Assembly (NCBI RefSeq): GCF_002113885.1
Contig: NW_018405926.1
Span: 861,464 to 925,463 of the forward strand
Origin: Mizuhopecten yessoensis
Lineage: Eukaryota
DNA: 64,000 nucleotides
Reading direction: 5' to 3'
In this document: positions 13,735-27,984 of the stretch, piece after piece
Numbering within the stretch: the first letter of the stretch is position 1
Layout of the letters: every line of letters begins with the position of its first letter
Notes under the pieces: generated by a model
The model's input: only the letters and a program-made list of their open reading frames with translations
What the model was told of the DNA's origin: nothing
Databases searched by the model: none
Translations under genes and position numbers: made by a program

Positions 13735-15215
13735 AAATATTGTGGTATATGACGTCGTTCTGTTGACACTGTGGTATAAAACGTCATTGTGTGTATACAC
13801 TGTGGTAAAAAAAGCGTCTTTGTGTGATGACACTGTGGTATATAACTTCGTTGTGTTTTCACGCTATGGAATATGACGACTTTGTGTGTTGACAATTTGG
13901 TATAAAACGTCATTGTGTGATTCGTCTGTGGTAAAAAAAGTCATTGTGTGTTGACACTGTGGCATATAACGCCGTTGTGTGTTGAAACTGTGGTAAATAA
14001 TGTCATTATGTGTTGACACTGTGGTAAATAACGTCGTTGTATGTTGACACTGTTATATATAACATCGTGGTGTATTGACACTGTTGTATAAAACGTCGTT
14101 AGGTGTTGACACTGTGGTATATAACGTCATTGTGTGTTGACACTGTTGTATGTAACGTCGTGGTGTGTTGACACTGTTGTATATAACGTCGTTAGGTGTT
14201 GACACTGTTGTATATAACGTCGTGGTGTGTTGACACTGTTGTATATAACGTCATGGTGTGTTGACACTGTCGTATATAACGTCGTTGTGTTGACACTGTT
14301 GTATATAACGTCGTGGTGTGTTGACACTGTGGAATAAATCGCCGTTGTGTGTTGATACTGTTGTATATAACGTCGTGGTGTGTTCACACTGTGGTATATA
14401 ACGTCGTTGTGTGTTGATACTGTTATATATTACGTCGTGGTGTGTTGACACTGTTGTATATAACGTCGTGATGTGTTGAAACTGTTGTATATAACGTCGT
14501 GGTGTGTTGACACTGTGGTATATAACGTCGTTTTGTGTTGATACTCTTGTATATAACGTCGTGGTGTGTTGATACTGTTGAAGATAATGTCGTGGTGTGT
14601 TGATACTGTTGAATATAACGTCGTGGTGTGTTAATACTGTGGTATATTTCGTCGTGGTGTGTTGACACTGTGGTATATAACGTCGTGGTGTGTTAATACT
14701 GTGGTATATAACGTCGTGGTGTGTTCATACTGTGGTATATTACGTCGTGGTGTGTTAATTCTTTGGTATATAACGTCGTTGTGTGTTGACACTGTGGTAT
14801 ATAACGTCGTTTTGTGTTGATACTGTTGAATATACCGTCGTGTTGTGTTAATACTGTGTTATAAAACGTCGTTGTGTGTTGACACTGTTGAATATAACGC
14901 CGTTGTGTGTTCACACTGTTGTATATAACGTCGTGTTGTGTTGACACTGTTGTATTTAACGTCGTTGTGTTGACACTGTTGTATAAAACGTCATTGTGTG
15001 TTGATACTGTTGAATATAACGCCGTTGTGTGTTCACACTGTTGTATATAACGTCGTGTTGTGTTGACAATGTTGTATTTAACGTCGTTGTGTTGACATTG
15101 TTGTATAAAACGTCATTGTGTGTTGATATTGTTGTATATAACGTCGTTGTGTGTTGACACTGTTGTATATAACGTCGTGGTGTGTTGACACTGTTGTATA
15201 TTACGTCGTTGTGTG
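13735..15215. repeat. 31-bp tandem minisatellite array
   Basis: Unit TGTGTTGACACTGT(T/G)GTATATAACGTCGT(G/T)G; GACACT recurs at 14170 and 14201. Edges are degenerate and some units are 29 bp. Confidence 0.96.
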
Positions 15216-15929
15216 AGGTTTGTTATGGCGTTATGTGTTGACGCTGTTGCCTGTTTTGCCTTTTTGATTCGTTGTTGTCGTACATGTATATTTCGAGCAG
15301 GTTTGTTGATGTTGTCATAAAGATGGTTTTGTGTTCCGGCATTGTCCTTGTATGCAAACGTCGTGGTTTATTTTTGTCTTTGTGTTCACACATTTTGGTA
15401 GTGTGTTTTGGCACTGTTGTAGATATAATGTCCTCGTATGATGGTACTGTTGTACATGTATAAAACGTCAAACAATTTGTGGGATGTTGTAGAACAATCC
15501 TTGTGTGTAGACTGTTTGTTATTCAATTATTTATCTTAATTCTTTAGATCTGATTTCGCTGACTCTACATAGTCGCCATATAATGAATAAGGGTGACTGA
15601 CCCAGCTTCCGTACACACCCACCAGTCTTGTGCCGTGTGGTGACTTTATTGTCCACCCACACAAATTCTAACAAAATGCATACAAATGCATTCACAACAA
15701 ATACGTGTAACATTAATTAAAATTCTGAACGATATGGATGTCATTATACTACAGACGTTAAGAGAAAAGCTATAAAATTAACAGACTTAAACCGGGGACG
15801 CGTGCACATGTCTGGGAGTGCTGTAATGACTAAGCCAACAGACTGCACTTTTCAACATTATGGGTAACAATTAAACATTGTGGCCAACCCAAAGTATCGC
15901 AGAATACTGATATTTAAGGTAAAAATTAT

Positions 15930-18900
15930 ATTTACTTAACAAACAGTGCTATACCTAAAATTTACTTACCAAACATAGTGATATACCTCACATTTACTTA
16001 TCAAACACAGCTGTGTACATAATGTCTACTTACCAAACATAGTGGTAAACCAAACAATTACGTACCTTGGTGATATACCTAAAACGAACTTACTAAACGC
16101 AGTGGACTATGTAACATTTACTTACCAAAAACAGTGGTATAACTGACACTAACTTACCAAACAGTGGTACACCTAATATTTACTAACCAAATACAGTGGT
16201 ATACCTATCATGTACTTACCAATTGCAGTGGTTAACCTACATGTAATGTTTATTTACCAAATGCTGTGATATACCTAACATTTACTTACCAAACACAGTG
16301 GTATACCTAATGTTAACTTAACAAACACTGTAGTATACCTAACATGTTGTTACCAAATGCTGTGGTTTACTTTGCATTTACTTACCAAAAACAGTGGTAT
16401 ACCTAATATCAACTTACAAACACAGTGGTATACCAAATATTTACTTACAAAATGCAGTGGTATAACATGCATTTACTTGTCAAACACAGTGGTATACCTT
16501 ATATTCACTTGTCAAACACAGTGGTATACCTTTCATTTACTTGTTCGACTGAGTGGTATACCTTTCATTTACTAAACAAACACAGTGGTATACCTTACAT
16601 TTACTTACAAAACACTGTGGTATACCTTTCATTTACTCTTCAAACACAGTGGTATACCTTTTAATTACTTGTTCAACACTGTGGTATACCTTTCATTTAC
16701 TCTTCAAACACAGTGGTATACCTTTTAATTACTTGTTCAACACAGTGGTATACCTTTTAATTACTTGTTCAACACAGTGGTAAACCTTATATTCACTTGT
16801 CAAACACAGTGGTATACCTTATATTCACTTGTCAAACACAGTGGTATACCTTTTAATTACTTGTTCAACACAGTGGTATACCTTTTAATTACTTGTTCAA
16901 CACAGTGGTTAACCTTATATTCACTTGTCAAACACAGTGGTATACCTTATATTCATTTGTCAAACACAGTGGTATACCTTTTAATTACTTGTTCAACACT
17001 GTGGTATACCTTTCATTTACTTACAAAACACAGTGGTATACCTTTTAATTACTTGTTCAACACTGTGGTATACCTTTCAATTACTTGTTCAACACTGTGG
17101 TATACCTTTCATTTACTTACAAAACACAGTGGTATACCTTTTAATTACTTGTTCAACACTGTGGTATACCTTTCATTTACTTGTTTAACACAGTGGTATA
17201 CCTTTCATTTACTTGTTCAACACAGTGGTAAACCTTTCATTTACTTGTTCAACACAGTGGTATATCTTTTAATTACTTGTTCAACACTGTGGTATACCTT
17301 TCATTTACTTGTTCAACACAGTGGTATACCTTTCATTTACTTGTTCAACACAGTGGTATACCTTTCATTTACTTGTTCAACACAGTGGTATACCTTTCAT
17401 TTACTTGTTCAACACAGTGGTATACCTTTCATTTACTTGTTCAACACAGTGGTATACCTTTCATTTACTTGTTCAACACAGTGGTATACCTTTCATTTAC
17501 TTGTTCAACACAGTGGTAAACCTTTCATTTACTTGTTCAACACAGTGGTATATCTTTTAATTACTTGTTCAACACTGTGGTATACCTTTCATTTACTTGT
17601 TCAACACAGTGGTATACCTTTCATTTACTTGTTCAACACAGTGGTATACCTTTCATTTACTTGTTCAACACAGTGGTATATCTTTTAATTACTTGTTCAA
17701 CACTGTGGTATACCTTTCATTTACTTGTTCAACACAGTGGTATACCTTTCATTTACTTGTTCAACACAGTGGTATACCTTTCATTTACTTACAAAACACA
17801 GTGGTATACCTTTTAATTACTTGTTCAACACTGTGGTATACCTTTCATGTACCTGTTTAACACAGTGGTATACCTTTCATTTACTTGTTCAACACAGTGG
17901 TATATCTTTTAATTAGTTGTTCAACACTGTGGTATACCTTTCATTTACTTGTTCAACACAGTGGTATACCTTTCATTTACTTGTTCAACACAGTGGTATA
18001 CCTTTCATTTACTTGTTCAACACAGTGGTATACCTTTCATTTACTTGTTCAACACAGTGGTATACCTTTCATTTACTTGTTCAACACAGTGGTATACCTT
18101 TCATTTACTTGTTCAACACAGTGGTATACCTTTCATTTACTTGTTCAACACAGTGGTATACCTTTCATTTACTTGTTCAACACAGTGGTATACCTTTCAT
18201 TTACTTGTTCAACACAGTGGTATACCTTTCATTTACTTGTTCAACACAGTGGTATACCTTTCATTTACTTGTTCAACACAGTGGTATACCTTTCATTTAC
18301 TTGTTCAACACAGTGGTATACCTTTCATTTACTTGTAAAACACAGTGGTATACCTTTTAATTACTTGTTCAACACTGTGGTATACCTTTCAATTACTTGT
18401 TCAACACTGTGGTATACCTTTCATTTACTTACAAAACACAGTGGTATACCTTTTAATTACTTGTTCAACACTGTGGTATACCTTTCATTTACTTGTTTAA
18501 CACAGTGGTATACCTTTCATTTACTTGTTCAACACAGTGGTAAACCTTTCATTTACTTGTTCAACGCAGTGGTATATCTTTTAATTACTTGTTCAACACT
18601 GTGGTATACCTTTCATTTACTTGTTCAACACAGTGGTATACCCTTCATTTACTTGTTCAACACAGTGGTATACCTTTCATTTACTTACAAAACACAGTGG
18701 TATACCTTTTAATTACTTGTTCAACACTGTGGTATACCTTTCATGTACCTGTTTAACACAGTGGTATACCTTTCATTTACTTGTTCAACACAGTGGTATA
18801 TCTTTTAATTAGTTGTTCAACACTGTGGTATACCTTTCATTTACTTGTTCAACACAGTGGTATACCTTTCATTTACTTGTTGAACACAGTGGTATATATT

Positions 18901-19862
18901 TCATTTACTTACAAAACACAGTGGTATACCTTTCATTTACTTGTTCAACACAGTGGTATACCTTTCATTTACTTGTTCAACACAGTGGTATACCTTTCAT
19001 TTAATTACAAAACACAGTGGTATACCTTTCATTTACTTGTTCAACACAGTGGTATACCTTTCATTTACTTGTTCAACAGAGTGGTATACCTTACATTTAC
19101 TTACCAAAAACAGTGTTATTACTGACATTAACTTACCAAACAGTGGTACACCTAATATTTACTAACCAAATACAGTGGTATACCTATCATGTACTTACCA
19201 ATTGCAGTGGTTAACCTACATGTAATGTTTATTTACCAAATGCTGTGATATACCCAACATTTACTTACCAAACACAGTGGTATACCTAATTTAACTTAAC
19301 AAATGCTGTCGTATACCTAACATGTTGTTACCAAATGCTGTGGTTTATTTTGCATTTACTTACCAAAAACAGTGGTATACCTAATATTTACTTACCAAAT
19401 ACAGTGATACATTGTATACCGTACATGTACTCATTATGCACAGAAATTTACCTAACATTCACTTACCAAAAACAGTGGTATTCCTAATATCAACTTACAA
19501 AAACAGTGGTATACCAAATATTTACTTACAAAATACAGTGGTATAACTTGCATTTACTTGTCAAACACAGTGGTATACCTTATATTCACTTGTCAAACAC
19601 AGTGGTATACTTTATATTCACTTGTCAAACACAGTGTATACCTTTCGTTTACTTGTTCGACTGAGTGGTATACCTTTAGTTTACTTACAAAACACTTATT
19701 GTCAAACACAGTGGTATATCCATTAATGACTTACCATACACTGTGGCATACCTAGCATTAACTTACCAATCGCTGTGATATTCCTTATATTTACTTGTCA
19801 AACACAATGATTTACCTACAATTTTTTGTCAAACACAGTGGTATTCCTTATATTTACTTATT
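15930..19862. repeat. 32-bp tandem minisatellite array with homogenised core
   Basis: Unit CACAGTGGTATACCTTTCATTTACTTGTTCAA, with near-identical run at about 17940-18330 and degenerate flanks. Contains the palindrome GGTATACC. Confidence 0.98.
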
Positions 19863-20119
19863 AAACGTTTTATATCCGTTTATTGCAATAACTTGTCAAA
19901 ACAGATCCTGTCAAAGACATTAGTACACTGTACATTGTATACATAACGTTTGTATATTTTTGAAAGTTCATTTAACTCCCTCACACGTCTAGTATAACCT
20001 TAACACACCAGTTTTGGTCCAAGCATATCTAAACTGTAGGTAATCATCAGGTCCCTGTGATCAAAACCTCGTCTTATGAAGTGACCATGACGGTTTATAC
20101 ATATCTGGACATTTAGTTT

Positions 20120-20335
20120 TTCGGCTAAGCGTGAATTCCAGAGAGCACTAATCCAAAATTGTCTTCCTTTGTGCTTTTTGTTTCTTTTTGTTTATATTAT
20201 AACCTGTAAATGACAAAGAAACACAAATGAGGAATGAAGACAATTTGAAGACTCGTGCCCTGCCCGGGACTCGAACTCACGACCTACGACACGCAATCGT
20301 ATCCCCAGTTTTATCACTACACCACCTCACCTTCT
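20120..20335 (-). mobile_element. tRNA-derived SINE
   Basis: The minus strand reads GGTGGTGTAGTGA (A-box-like) then GGTCGTGAGTTCGAGTCCCGGGCAGGGCAC (B box), followed by a T-rich body. The 3' limit is approximate. Confidence 0.65.
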
Positions 20336-20776
20336 TAAAATAGAATATTTCGATACTCGACATGGTCGTTGTTACAATGTACAGATCGTCTGTTGATGGT
20401 ATAAGTACCTTGATCAAATTTCTGCCTTGACTTACTCTTTGTCTACACTATTGGAATTACCTCTTTGCCTCGAATACCATGCAGTTCCAAGTAATATTGT
20501 AAACAGGTAAACATATGTTTGTAATGATGCAGTTTCGTACTTCTTTGACCCATATATAAATGTATAATACAACATGGCGTTTCGCTTTGTTATTTGCATG
20601 TACATCCCGATAAAAGCATCCGGGACAAATCGGGCCATTCTTCCATATTTTTTTTTAACTTGGAATACAGTTTCGATATGGTCCGGGTGCCTATCATTAC
20701 AGACGATAGAAAATATATGTGTAATACTTTAAAATATCACATTTCATGAAATTCCCTGTAATGCAGGCGACATCTC

Positions 20777-21643
20777 CATAATGTCACACTAAAACACAGA
20801 CATTTAGGAGTTACTTTTAGTGCAGATGCAAAATGGTCTAAACACATATATGAAATATACAATTCTTGCATGAAAAAAGTATCTGTACTAAGAAAACTAA
20901 AATATCTTTTAAACAGGAAAACTCTTTTGAAATTATATAAATTATTTATTTTACCTGTACTAGAGTATGCCAGTGAAGTTTGGGATGGCTGCTCACTTGC
21001 AGATGCTAACCATCTAGAAAAGGTACAGTTGGAAGCAGCTAGGGTCATAACAGGTTTACCATCATTTGCCAGAATAGAAACACTATATTTAGAAACCAAT
21101 TTAGAACCTTTATCAATAAGAAGGGAACGCAAGAAATTAATATTATTCTACAAAATGCATAATAATCTAACTCCATCGTACCTTAATGACTTACTTCCTA
21201 TACAAGTAGGGGAACAAACACAATATAGACTTAGAAACAGAAACAACTACACCACTCTTCTACACAGACTGTCGTTAACAAAATCATCCTTCATCCCATC
21301 AACTATACGACTGTGGAATGATTTGAGTGACACTATACGTGACAAACCAACAACATACAAGATTAAGACATGCCTGTAGTTCTTTAAGATATGATCTGTA
21401 TAGGGTAAACATTATAGAAAGTCCGTCTTGTACGTGTGAAAGTCAACATGAACATTCATTTCATCATTTTTTCGTGTGTAATCTATATGAAAGAGAAAGG
21501 CGCTTGTTATTACTTACATTATCTGTATATGGTATTATAAACATAGACTTTCTATTAAATGGCAGTTCAGATTTATCGCTTGGGGAAAACATCCATGTAT
21601 TCAAATCAGTACAGAAGTTTATTAAAGACAGTGGCAGGTTCTA

Positions 21644-21674
<31 letters not shown>

Positions 21675-21830
21675 CTTTGTTATTTTCGTTATCAATTTGT
21701 GTAAAATCTATTGATGTTGCCATGTACACTGTATAAAATACATGTATATCTGGGAGAAGGCTTCATAAGTTGGAATAACTTGTGCCTAATCCATTTGCAA
21801 ATTTCTGCAATAAAATATGTTTAAATCAAA
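20777..21830 (+). mobile_element. 5'-truncated CR1/L2-group LINE: ORF2 RT C-terminus and 3' UTR
   Basis: In-frame HRHLGVTFSADAKWSKHI..LYKLFILPVLEYASEVWD..LEKVQLEAARVITG..SSFIPSTIRLWNDL. After a frameshift/deletion at about 21350 comes HTRLRHACSSL..CTC..EHSFHHFFVC (C-terminal CCHC-type motif). Then (CT)n, a stem-loop and an AATAAAATATGTTTAAA tail. Confidence 0.93.
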
Positions 21831-22852
21831 ACAAGGTTGCTAAAACAGGTATTGTAATTTGAGGTCATAGTAAATTATGGGATATCAAATTAGATGGCAG
21901 GCAGTACGGCATAAAACTACGGAAGTTAGACTAATTTTACCAGATTTTCGGGAGCCTGAACAAGGAACATTCTGCCAACAGTATGACTAAAGGGAAGTAA
22001 CTCTTACATACAAATATTTTCTCGTGGATTTTTAACTACTGAAATATATAATTCTGAAACTGAATTCATCCTTTACAAATCGATTAACACTTACTATAGA
22101 AGTAAACTTATAGTCAATTTTTAGTAATGATGTTAGACTCTCAAGTGTTTTTTAAAGACATATTTGATTTTGGAATTTATGTAATTCTTGTGTTTTGTGT
22201 TATCATTGAAAGGTGTAATTGTTGGAAAGCATAAAACAATCACAAGATAACTTATTAAATATTATTTGTTCCATATTACATGTATCAGAAATAATATGAT
22301 AATTTAAATTTAATCGTTAAGTCCTGAAGATTATTGTTTAACTTTTTAAAATTGTCTAACAATATTTACTGTACGGAAAATATAATGAACATCAACTGTT
22401 CTTCTTTGTAGAGGATTTATAAGAGGAGTATTCAGCTATTCATAGAACTGTTTTATTTAGTTCATTTTATTCTATTTTTTTCATTGATAACGTTATTTAT
22501 ATCCGAAATGTCAGTTCCTCACTTCTAAATGATATCAGCATATTTATAAGGTTTTTTTAATACCATCTTAAATCATATATTTTTATATACGTCTTTCTTT
22601 ATCTCCAAATCTGCACAAATGTGCATGTCGTTATATGTGTTTCAATATTTTTCGTTGTTTTAATTTTGTCTCCAAAAAGAAATAGTTTTCTCCTATTTGA
22701 GGTATAATTAGAACTTCTGTCAAGTTCAGTTTTCATTATTAGTTCCAAAAAGTATATGCTTAAAGTCTCTGACTAACAGATACCGTGTATAATTGTTTAA
22801 GGCCAGACGTTGGAACTTGGTGCCACATCCTAGTTAAATTCTGTATTTGAAC

Positions 22853-23505
22853 CATCCTCGATATCCAAGGGGTTACGCTCGCCTTCTCTCTCTACACGTG
22901 AAGAGAGCGAAAGTGAGCGTAACCGTATTTGATCTAACACATCAACATAAAAAGGCAATTTCATTTCAACAAAGCTTAATAAATAATTGGATAGATATGA
23001 TCCCATCTTCGATATCCAGCCTGTCAATTGTTACCGTTACGTGACCGCGAAATTCTTTTGATATACATCAAAGGATCGAACTAGTCTTCTTGTCTCATCA
23101 ACAAGGTGGCACACACTGAGCCTTCAGTTTTGCTATGACATATCCTAGGGCATCCTCGATATCCAGGGGTTACGCTCACTTTCGCTCTCTGCACCCCTGG
23201 AACAAGTCATAGCAAAATTGAAGGCACGGAGATAGCTGTTTGATTGGTCTCAGGTAAAAAAAATAAATACCAATCGCTAGGCTGATACCTGTCATTTGAA
23301 GATTACAAAGGAGAGACGCCCAACTTCAATGCCTGTCAATTTTTACCCTTACGTTACCGCGAGATTCTTTTGATGTTCATCAAAGGATCGAACTAGTTTT
23401 CTTGTCTCATCACCAAGGTGGCGCGCACTGAGCATTCGATTTTGCTTTGACATATTTCAGGGTGTAGAGAGCGAAAGTGAGCGTAACCCCTGGATATCGA
23501 GGATG
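22853..23505. mobile_element. TIR MITE (full copy 23151-23505) with an adjacent rearranged partial copy (22853-23150)
   Basis: TIR CATCCTCGATATCCAGGGGTTACGCTCACTTTCGCTCTCT at 23151 with its reverse complement ending at 23505. The internal CATCAAAGGATCGAACTAGT..CAAGGTGGC block occurs at about 23066 and 23378. Confidence 0.88.
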
Positions 23506-24881
23506 ATATGATATGTTATTCATTGTATCGGTCGTTGTATGGAAAAGCATTGTGTTTTTGTTTGTTTTTTGTTGATCTTGCCATACCTAACTAAAATTCC
23601 GCGTGCAAAATGAAGGGGAAAAGGCCTCGCGTGAGGTTACATGATACAAGAGGGATGAACCCGGAGGCACCCCCTGGCATCACTCCTTAAAAAAATCTAC
23701 TTTGAACCTAAAAAAATCAAAAATCCGCATTCATATTAGAGGAAAATAATGTGCATGAAGTGGCATAATTAGGAAAGTCATCCAAGGGAAAAAATAAATA
23801 CGAGTTGCCTCCCTTCAACCATAATGACGACCAATGGAACCTGGATTGGTTCTGATTTTTTTCATATTACATTGTCATCAAAGTAAGGGTACAACTATAT
23901 ACTCAAAGGTCAGTGAGTGGCATTTTTTGAAGGCGATACTTTGTGCCGTACTGTACTATCATAGAGAATAACATTGTACCGTGTTTGACCAAAACTTCAT
24001 CTGAACTATTAAAACGTGTAAAATTCCTCTGAACACGTACGCTCAGGTTCAACCATAGCTGTACAAATTCACAGGTCCCTGTGGTATTTTACAGTACATC
24101 AGCTTAACGCCTCTTTCAGCATATTCTTACATGTACTCTATACATCCCCACACACATAGTGTCAAGTAGGCCAGACAGTACATGTAACTGTCGTTCCTAT
24201 TGTTTTCTATATTGCAAACATCCGAGACCTTTTCATCAGCGACGTAAGTGTTGGGAGATTCCTACAATCAATGAGAATACCAATTACAAGATATTGGTGG
24301 ATTCTGTAGAAGGCTACTGGCAAAACTGCAGTGTGGGCCAAATTATCTAAGCCTAGTCAATGATAAATGATAAAAAAACAAACACACGTTATCTGTATTT
24401 TATGACCCCGATGTCAAAAACATACCAAACGGTCTGCACGATAAATATGTACAGAAAACCCTCGTTATATTGCCACCATTTGTCCAGAGAAATTTTTGCG
24501 TTATAAATGGGTTTCGCGATAGATTGATGGAAACCATATAAAGGAATTCTTAAGGGGAAAAAAAGAGAACAAAAGACATGAATATATATTGGCGGAAAGC
24601 GAGATGGCAAAGGAAGCTATAGGGACGTTGTATCGAGGTCTTACTCTTTATACCAAAACGGTATACATTTTCAATTTCAAACAAAATCACAACAAATTTA
24701 TAGAAATATTCATCGAAAATGCTCATGAAACGTTGGTTCATAACACCGGCACTGTATTATATGGTATATATACTAGTATATATGGATTACTGGAGCACGT
24801 GGAGTTGTTTTGAAGACTTAATGGTAAGGCTTGCTTGATAACCAAGCTTTCCGAATACCCACTAATTATACAATGAATCAA

Positions 24882-25448
24882 TTAAGGGTCATTTCCGGCC
24901 TCAACGGGGATCTTGAATCAGTTGTTATATTCGTAGTCTGGAATAAATGATCTATGGAAACATGAAATATCAAATTCATTCGACAACTGGTTTAGGAGAT
25001 ATGGCATTACAAAGAGAAACATTAACACACATTTTCATAAAAAATACGTGAACATCGACTGGTGTGCGCTTTTTGGTTGAAAATTGATCATTTTGAGGGA
25101 AATTAACTTTTAAATTTTTGAAAGCCTCCGCATGCAACAAACAAAATAAAATTTGACGTGCTTAAACATTGTCAAACCAGTGTTCATTCATAGGAAGGAA
25201 TATTTGTTTGTCACTTGTGCACGCTTTCATTTCTGCATGCTAACTCTCAAAAAAAAAAACATATTTTGTCTATTTCTGCATAACAACGCAATGATTTTGC
25301 TATGGTTGGGCATCTACGCATGCGCATAGGTAAAAATGTGCACCAAGAAAGATAGCCCCAATTTACCAATATGATGTTTATAACAGAAATTGGTATATAA
25401 GTTCAAATAGAAATTTGTACTTTTTATGAGGCAGAAAATTACCCATAA
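24882..25448. mobile_element. Non-autonomous TTAA-type DNA transposon (Kolobok-like)
   Basis: Left end TTAAGGGTCATTTCCGGCCTCA; right end reverse-complemented TTATGGGTAATTTTCTGCCTCA. Internal CGCATGCGCA motif. Confidence 0.6.
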
Positions 25449-27309
25449 CGCCCCTGGATCTTTGTATTGAATTCTGAAAAATTAAACAAGAATTAAGAGC
25501 GTAGCCGATCGGGGCCAACCGTGGGCTAAACGTGGGAGGATCTCCATGAGCGTGGTTTGGTCGGGGTGGGATCTCCTAGGTCGGAAAGCTGCACGCTCTC
25601 CCCACGCTTATTTTGAACGTGCACAAAATAAGCGTAACCAGGTCGTGGCCAACAGAAATATGCTACATAGCTTACATTTTCTCTTAATAACACTAATCAA
25701 AATGTCTACAAGTGTCGAAATTCATGTTTGCTGTGACGCTGTGAGCACGGATTTGTCACGTGATATGGCGTTATAAACAAATACAGCCGAGCTTTTTCCA
25801 GATACTACAAAATTGACAAAAAGGGCGCGTATATCGCTTTAATTTCAGTCTAATTAATTATCATATATAGTACCGATTCTCTATTCCCTAAGTATGCAAA
25901 ATACGGCAATAATCCCTTGTTGCCATGCATACTGCTGCTATGCGTACAGGGGTGGGTGCGAGAGGGCGTGTGTGTGGTGGTGTAAGCATATGGGTGAACA
26001 TAGCTCTATAAATGAATCTTTGTTTCAAATTGTTAAATGCTTATATTTTTGGCTCTCTCACTACCTTTTTTCTATTCAATCACTCAATTATGATAACATT
26101 ATAAATATATTGATATTTAGCCATTTAATCATGTACATACATTTGTATATGTTTTATTATATTGTAAGGAAAGGGCGATTAAAATGTCCATGTAACTTGT
26201 GCCCAATCCTTTTGCTGAATTTATGGCAACAAAATATGTTTACACTAACTAATAGCAGATACCGATGTGCAAGATTATCGGACTGGAACTGAAAGTATAT
26301 AAAAATGAAAATGGAAGTGAAGTGCATGTTTACTCCATATGAATAACAACACGTGTGTTCTATATAGAATATTATATATCAACGCCCAGTTAATCTACAG
26401 TTCTGCTCTGGCAGTAACGAAGTATATTACACACCCCACTTCCTATCACAGTATTCCCCGTATGCCTGCCCTATAACACCGTACAAATGACAACACTCAA
26501 GTGCACTAATTCTTGTAACTACAGTAGCGTAATATCCCCGTGTACTGCCACAGGGTCAACTGACACTGAGCGTACTCCCTTTGCTTTGGGAGTCTGTCTT
26601 TGTTATCTGGATCGTGTTCAAGTCAGAATCAACTGTCATGTATTAACATGATGTATTGTTCCGTACCGTAATCATAATGAGTCCTTGACAATATTGGACC
26701 AAAGAAACCTTGAGGTAGATTGAGACCTAGACACGTGGGCGTGGCTCTTACATTACACGTGCACTCCCTATATCCCAATAACAGATGACGATACTGATAT
26801 GTTTTAACTATTAACATGTTGTAACGTTATTGCTCTGTCAACAGACGTGCTTTGCCGTCCCCCAGTCAATAAAATATGTTGCTTTTGTATTGGAGCTAGC
26901 ATCCTTCATGTCGGTTTTATCATGATAGTCTTCCATACGTTAAGCACTTAAACAGAGCCACTATGAGAGTAGGTGGTACTATTCTATAGGAGTTCTGATG
27001 TATCTGCGGGAACAGTAACGGTTGAAGAGCTCTGCATCACATTTTGATATTTTCTATTGTCACCAACACTTCAGAACAATATACAAACTTTCCAGAACAT
27101 TTACTGAGATTTTCTGCACGTCTTAGGGTCAGCCTTGTTAGTTCCTGATTTATATATTTATCACGAGTTAACAATCCGTTCGCACGATTTGCAAATCCGT
27201 GCGCACGAGTCAGTAGTCCCTGCGCACGTGCTACCAATCCTTATAAGGTCCTACAAAATTATTGTTGCTGAGTTTGCCCCACTTCTGTGAACTAGTAATG
27301 CCAGTGTTA

Positions 27310-27900
27310 AAAACGGAGGATCTACAAACCAGGCAACTACGTGCCTGTTTCCCTAACTTGCAATTGTTGCAAATTCTGTCTCCAACATTCCAAACCATTA
27401 CGATAATTATAATGTTCTAGCTAATTGTCAGCATAGCTTTAGAGAGAGGCGCAGCTGTGAATCCCAGCTGTGAAACCCTTTCTCATGAGTTGCTTGAAAA
27501 CATGCTTATAACGGCATTTGAACTGATCTTAATGTGCTCGAATTTTCGAAGGCGCTCGATAAGGCCCCTCATAAGCATTGGCGTAAGAACTAAACAGTTA
27601 AGGTGTGAAAAGTAAAATCACAAGTGGAACGAATCTTTTCTGAACTCTAGTACTCATTAGGTGATCCTTGATGTTGTACTCAAGTAAGCTACCAATAGTC
27701 AACGGTGTCCCTCAAGGCTCAGTGCTTGGACCCCTCCTATGTGTAGTCTTTATAAACGACTTTCCCTCATCTGTTTACTTGAAAACACATCTCCTTGCTG
27801 ATTGTATACAAGCACATATTTGATACTGAGGATACTTGTAAACTACAAACAGTATCCACTATCTGACAAAATGGGGAAAAAACCCATTGGGTATGCAATA
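27310..27900 (+). mobile_element. Decayed LINE reverse transcriptase fragment (CR1/L2/Jockey group)
   Basis: Frameshifted motifs PGNYVPVSLTCNCCK, QHSFRERRSCESQL, DLNVLEFSKALDKAPH and GVPQGSVLGPLLCVVFINDFP. Confidence 0.88.
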
Positions 27901-27984
27901 ATGCACCGCTCTCTCAGCATCCAGACCCCTCTGATAGTACAATTTATAATAGTATGTTAAGTTTGCTTGCCTTAAGAATATGAT

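Noticed and set aside
14127-14947. Thr/His-rich mucin-like ORFs
   Set aside because: These are translations of the 31-bp array on the minus strand.
16357-19214. ORFs up to 307 aa (FNTVVYLSFTCSTQWYTFHLLVQHSGIP repeats)
   Set aside because: These are translations of a stop-free 32-bp monomer in all frames.
1-19862. Three arrays each have one stop-free strand, suggesting selection for translation
   Set aside because: Short monomers often lack stops on one strand by chance. Unit lengths are not multiples of 3, and the other arrays contain stops.
26320-26960. Possible solo LTR (also 32560-33090)
   Set aside because: I could not define TG..CA termini, a TSD, a PBS or a PPT.
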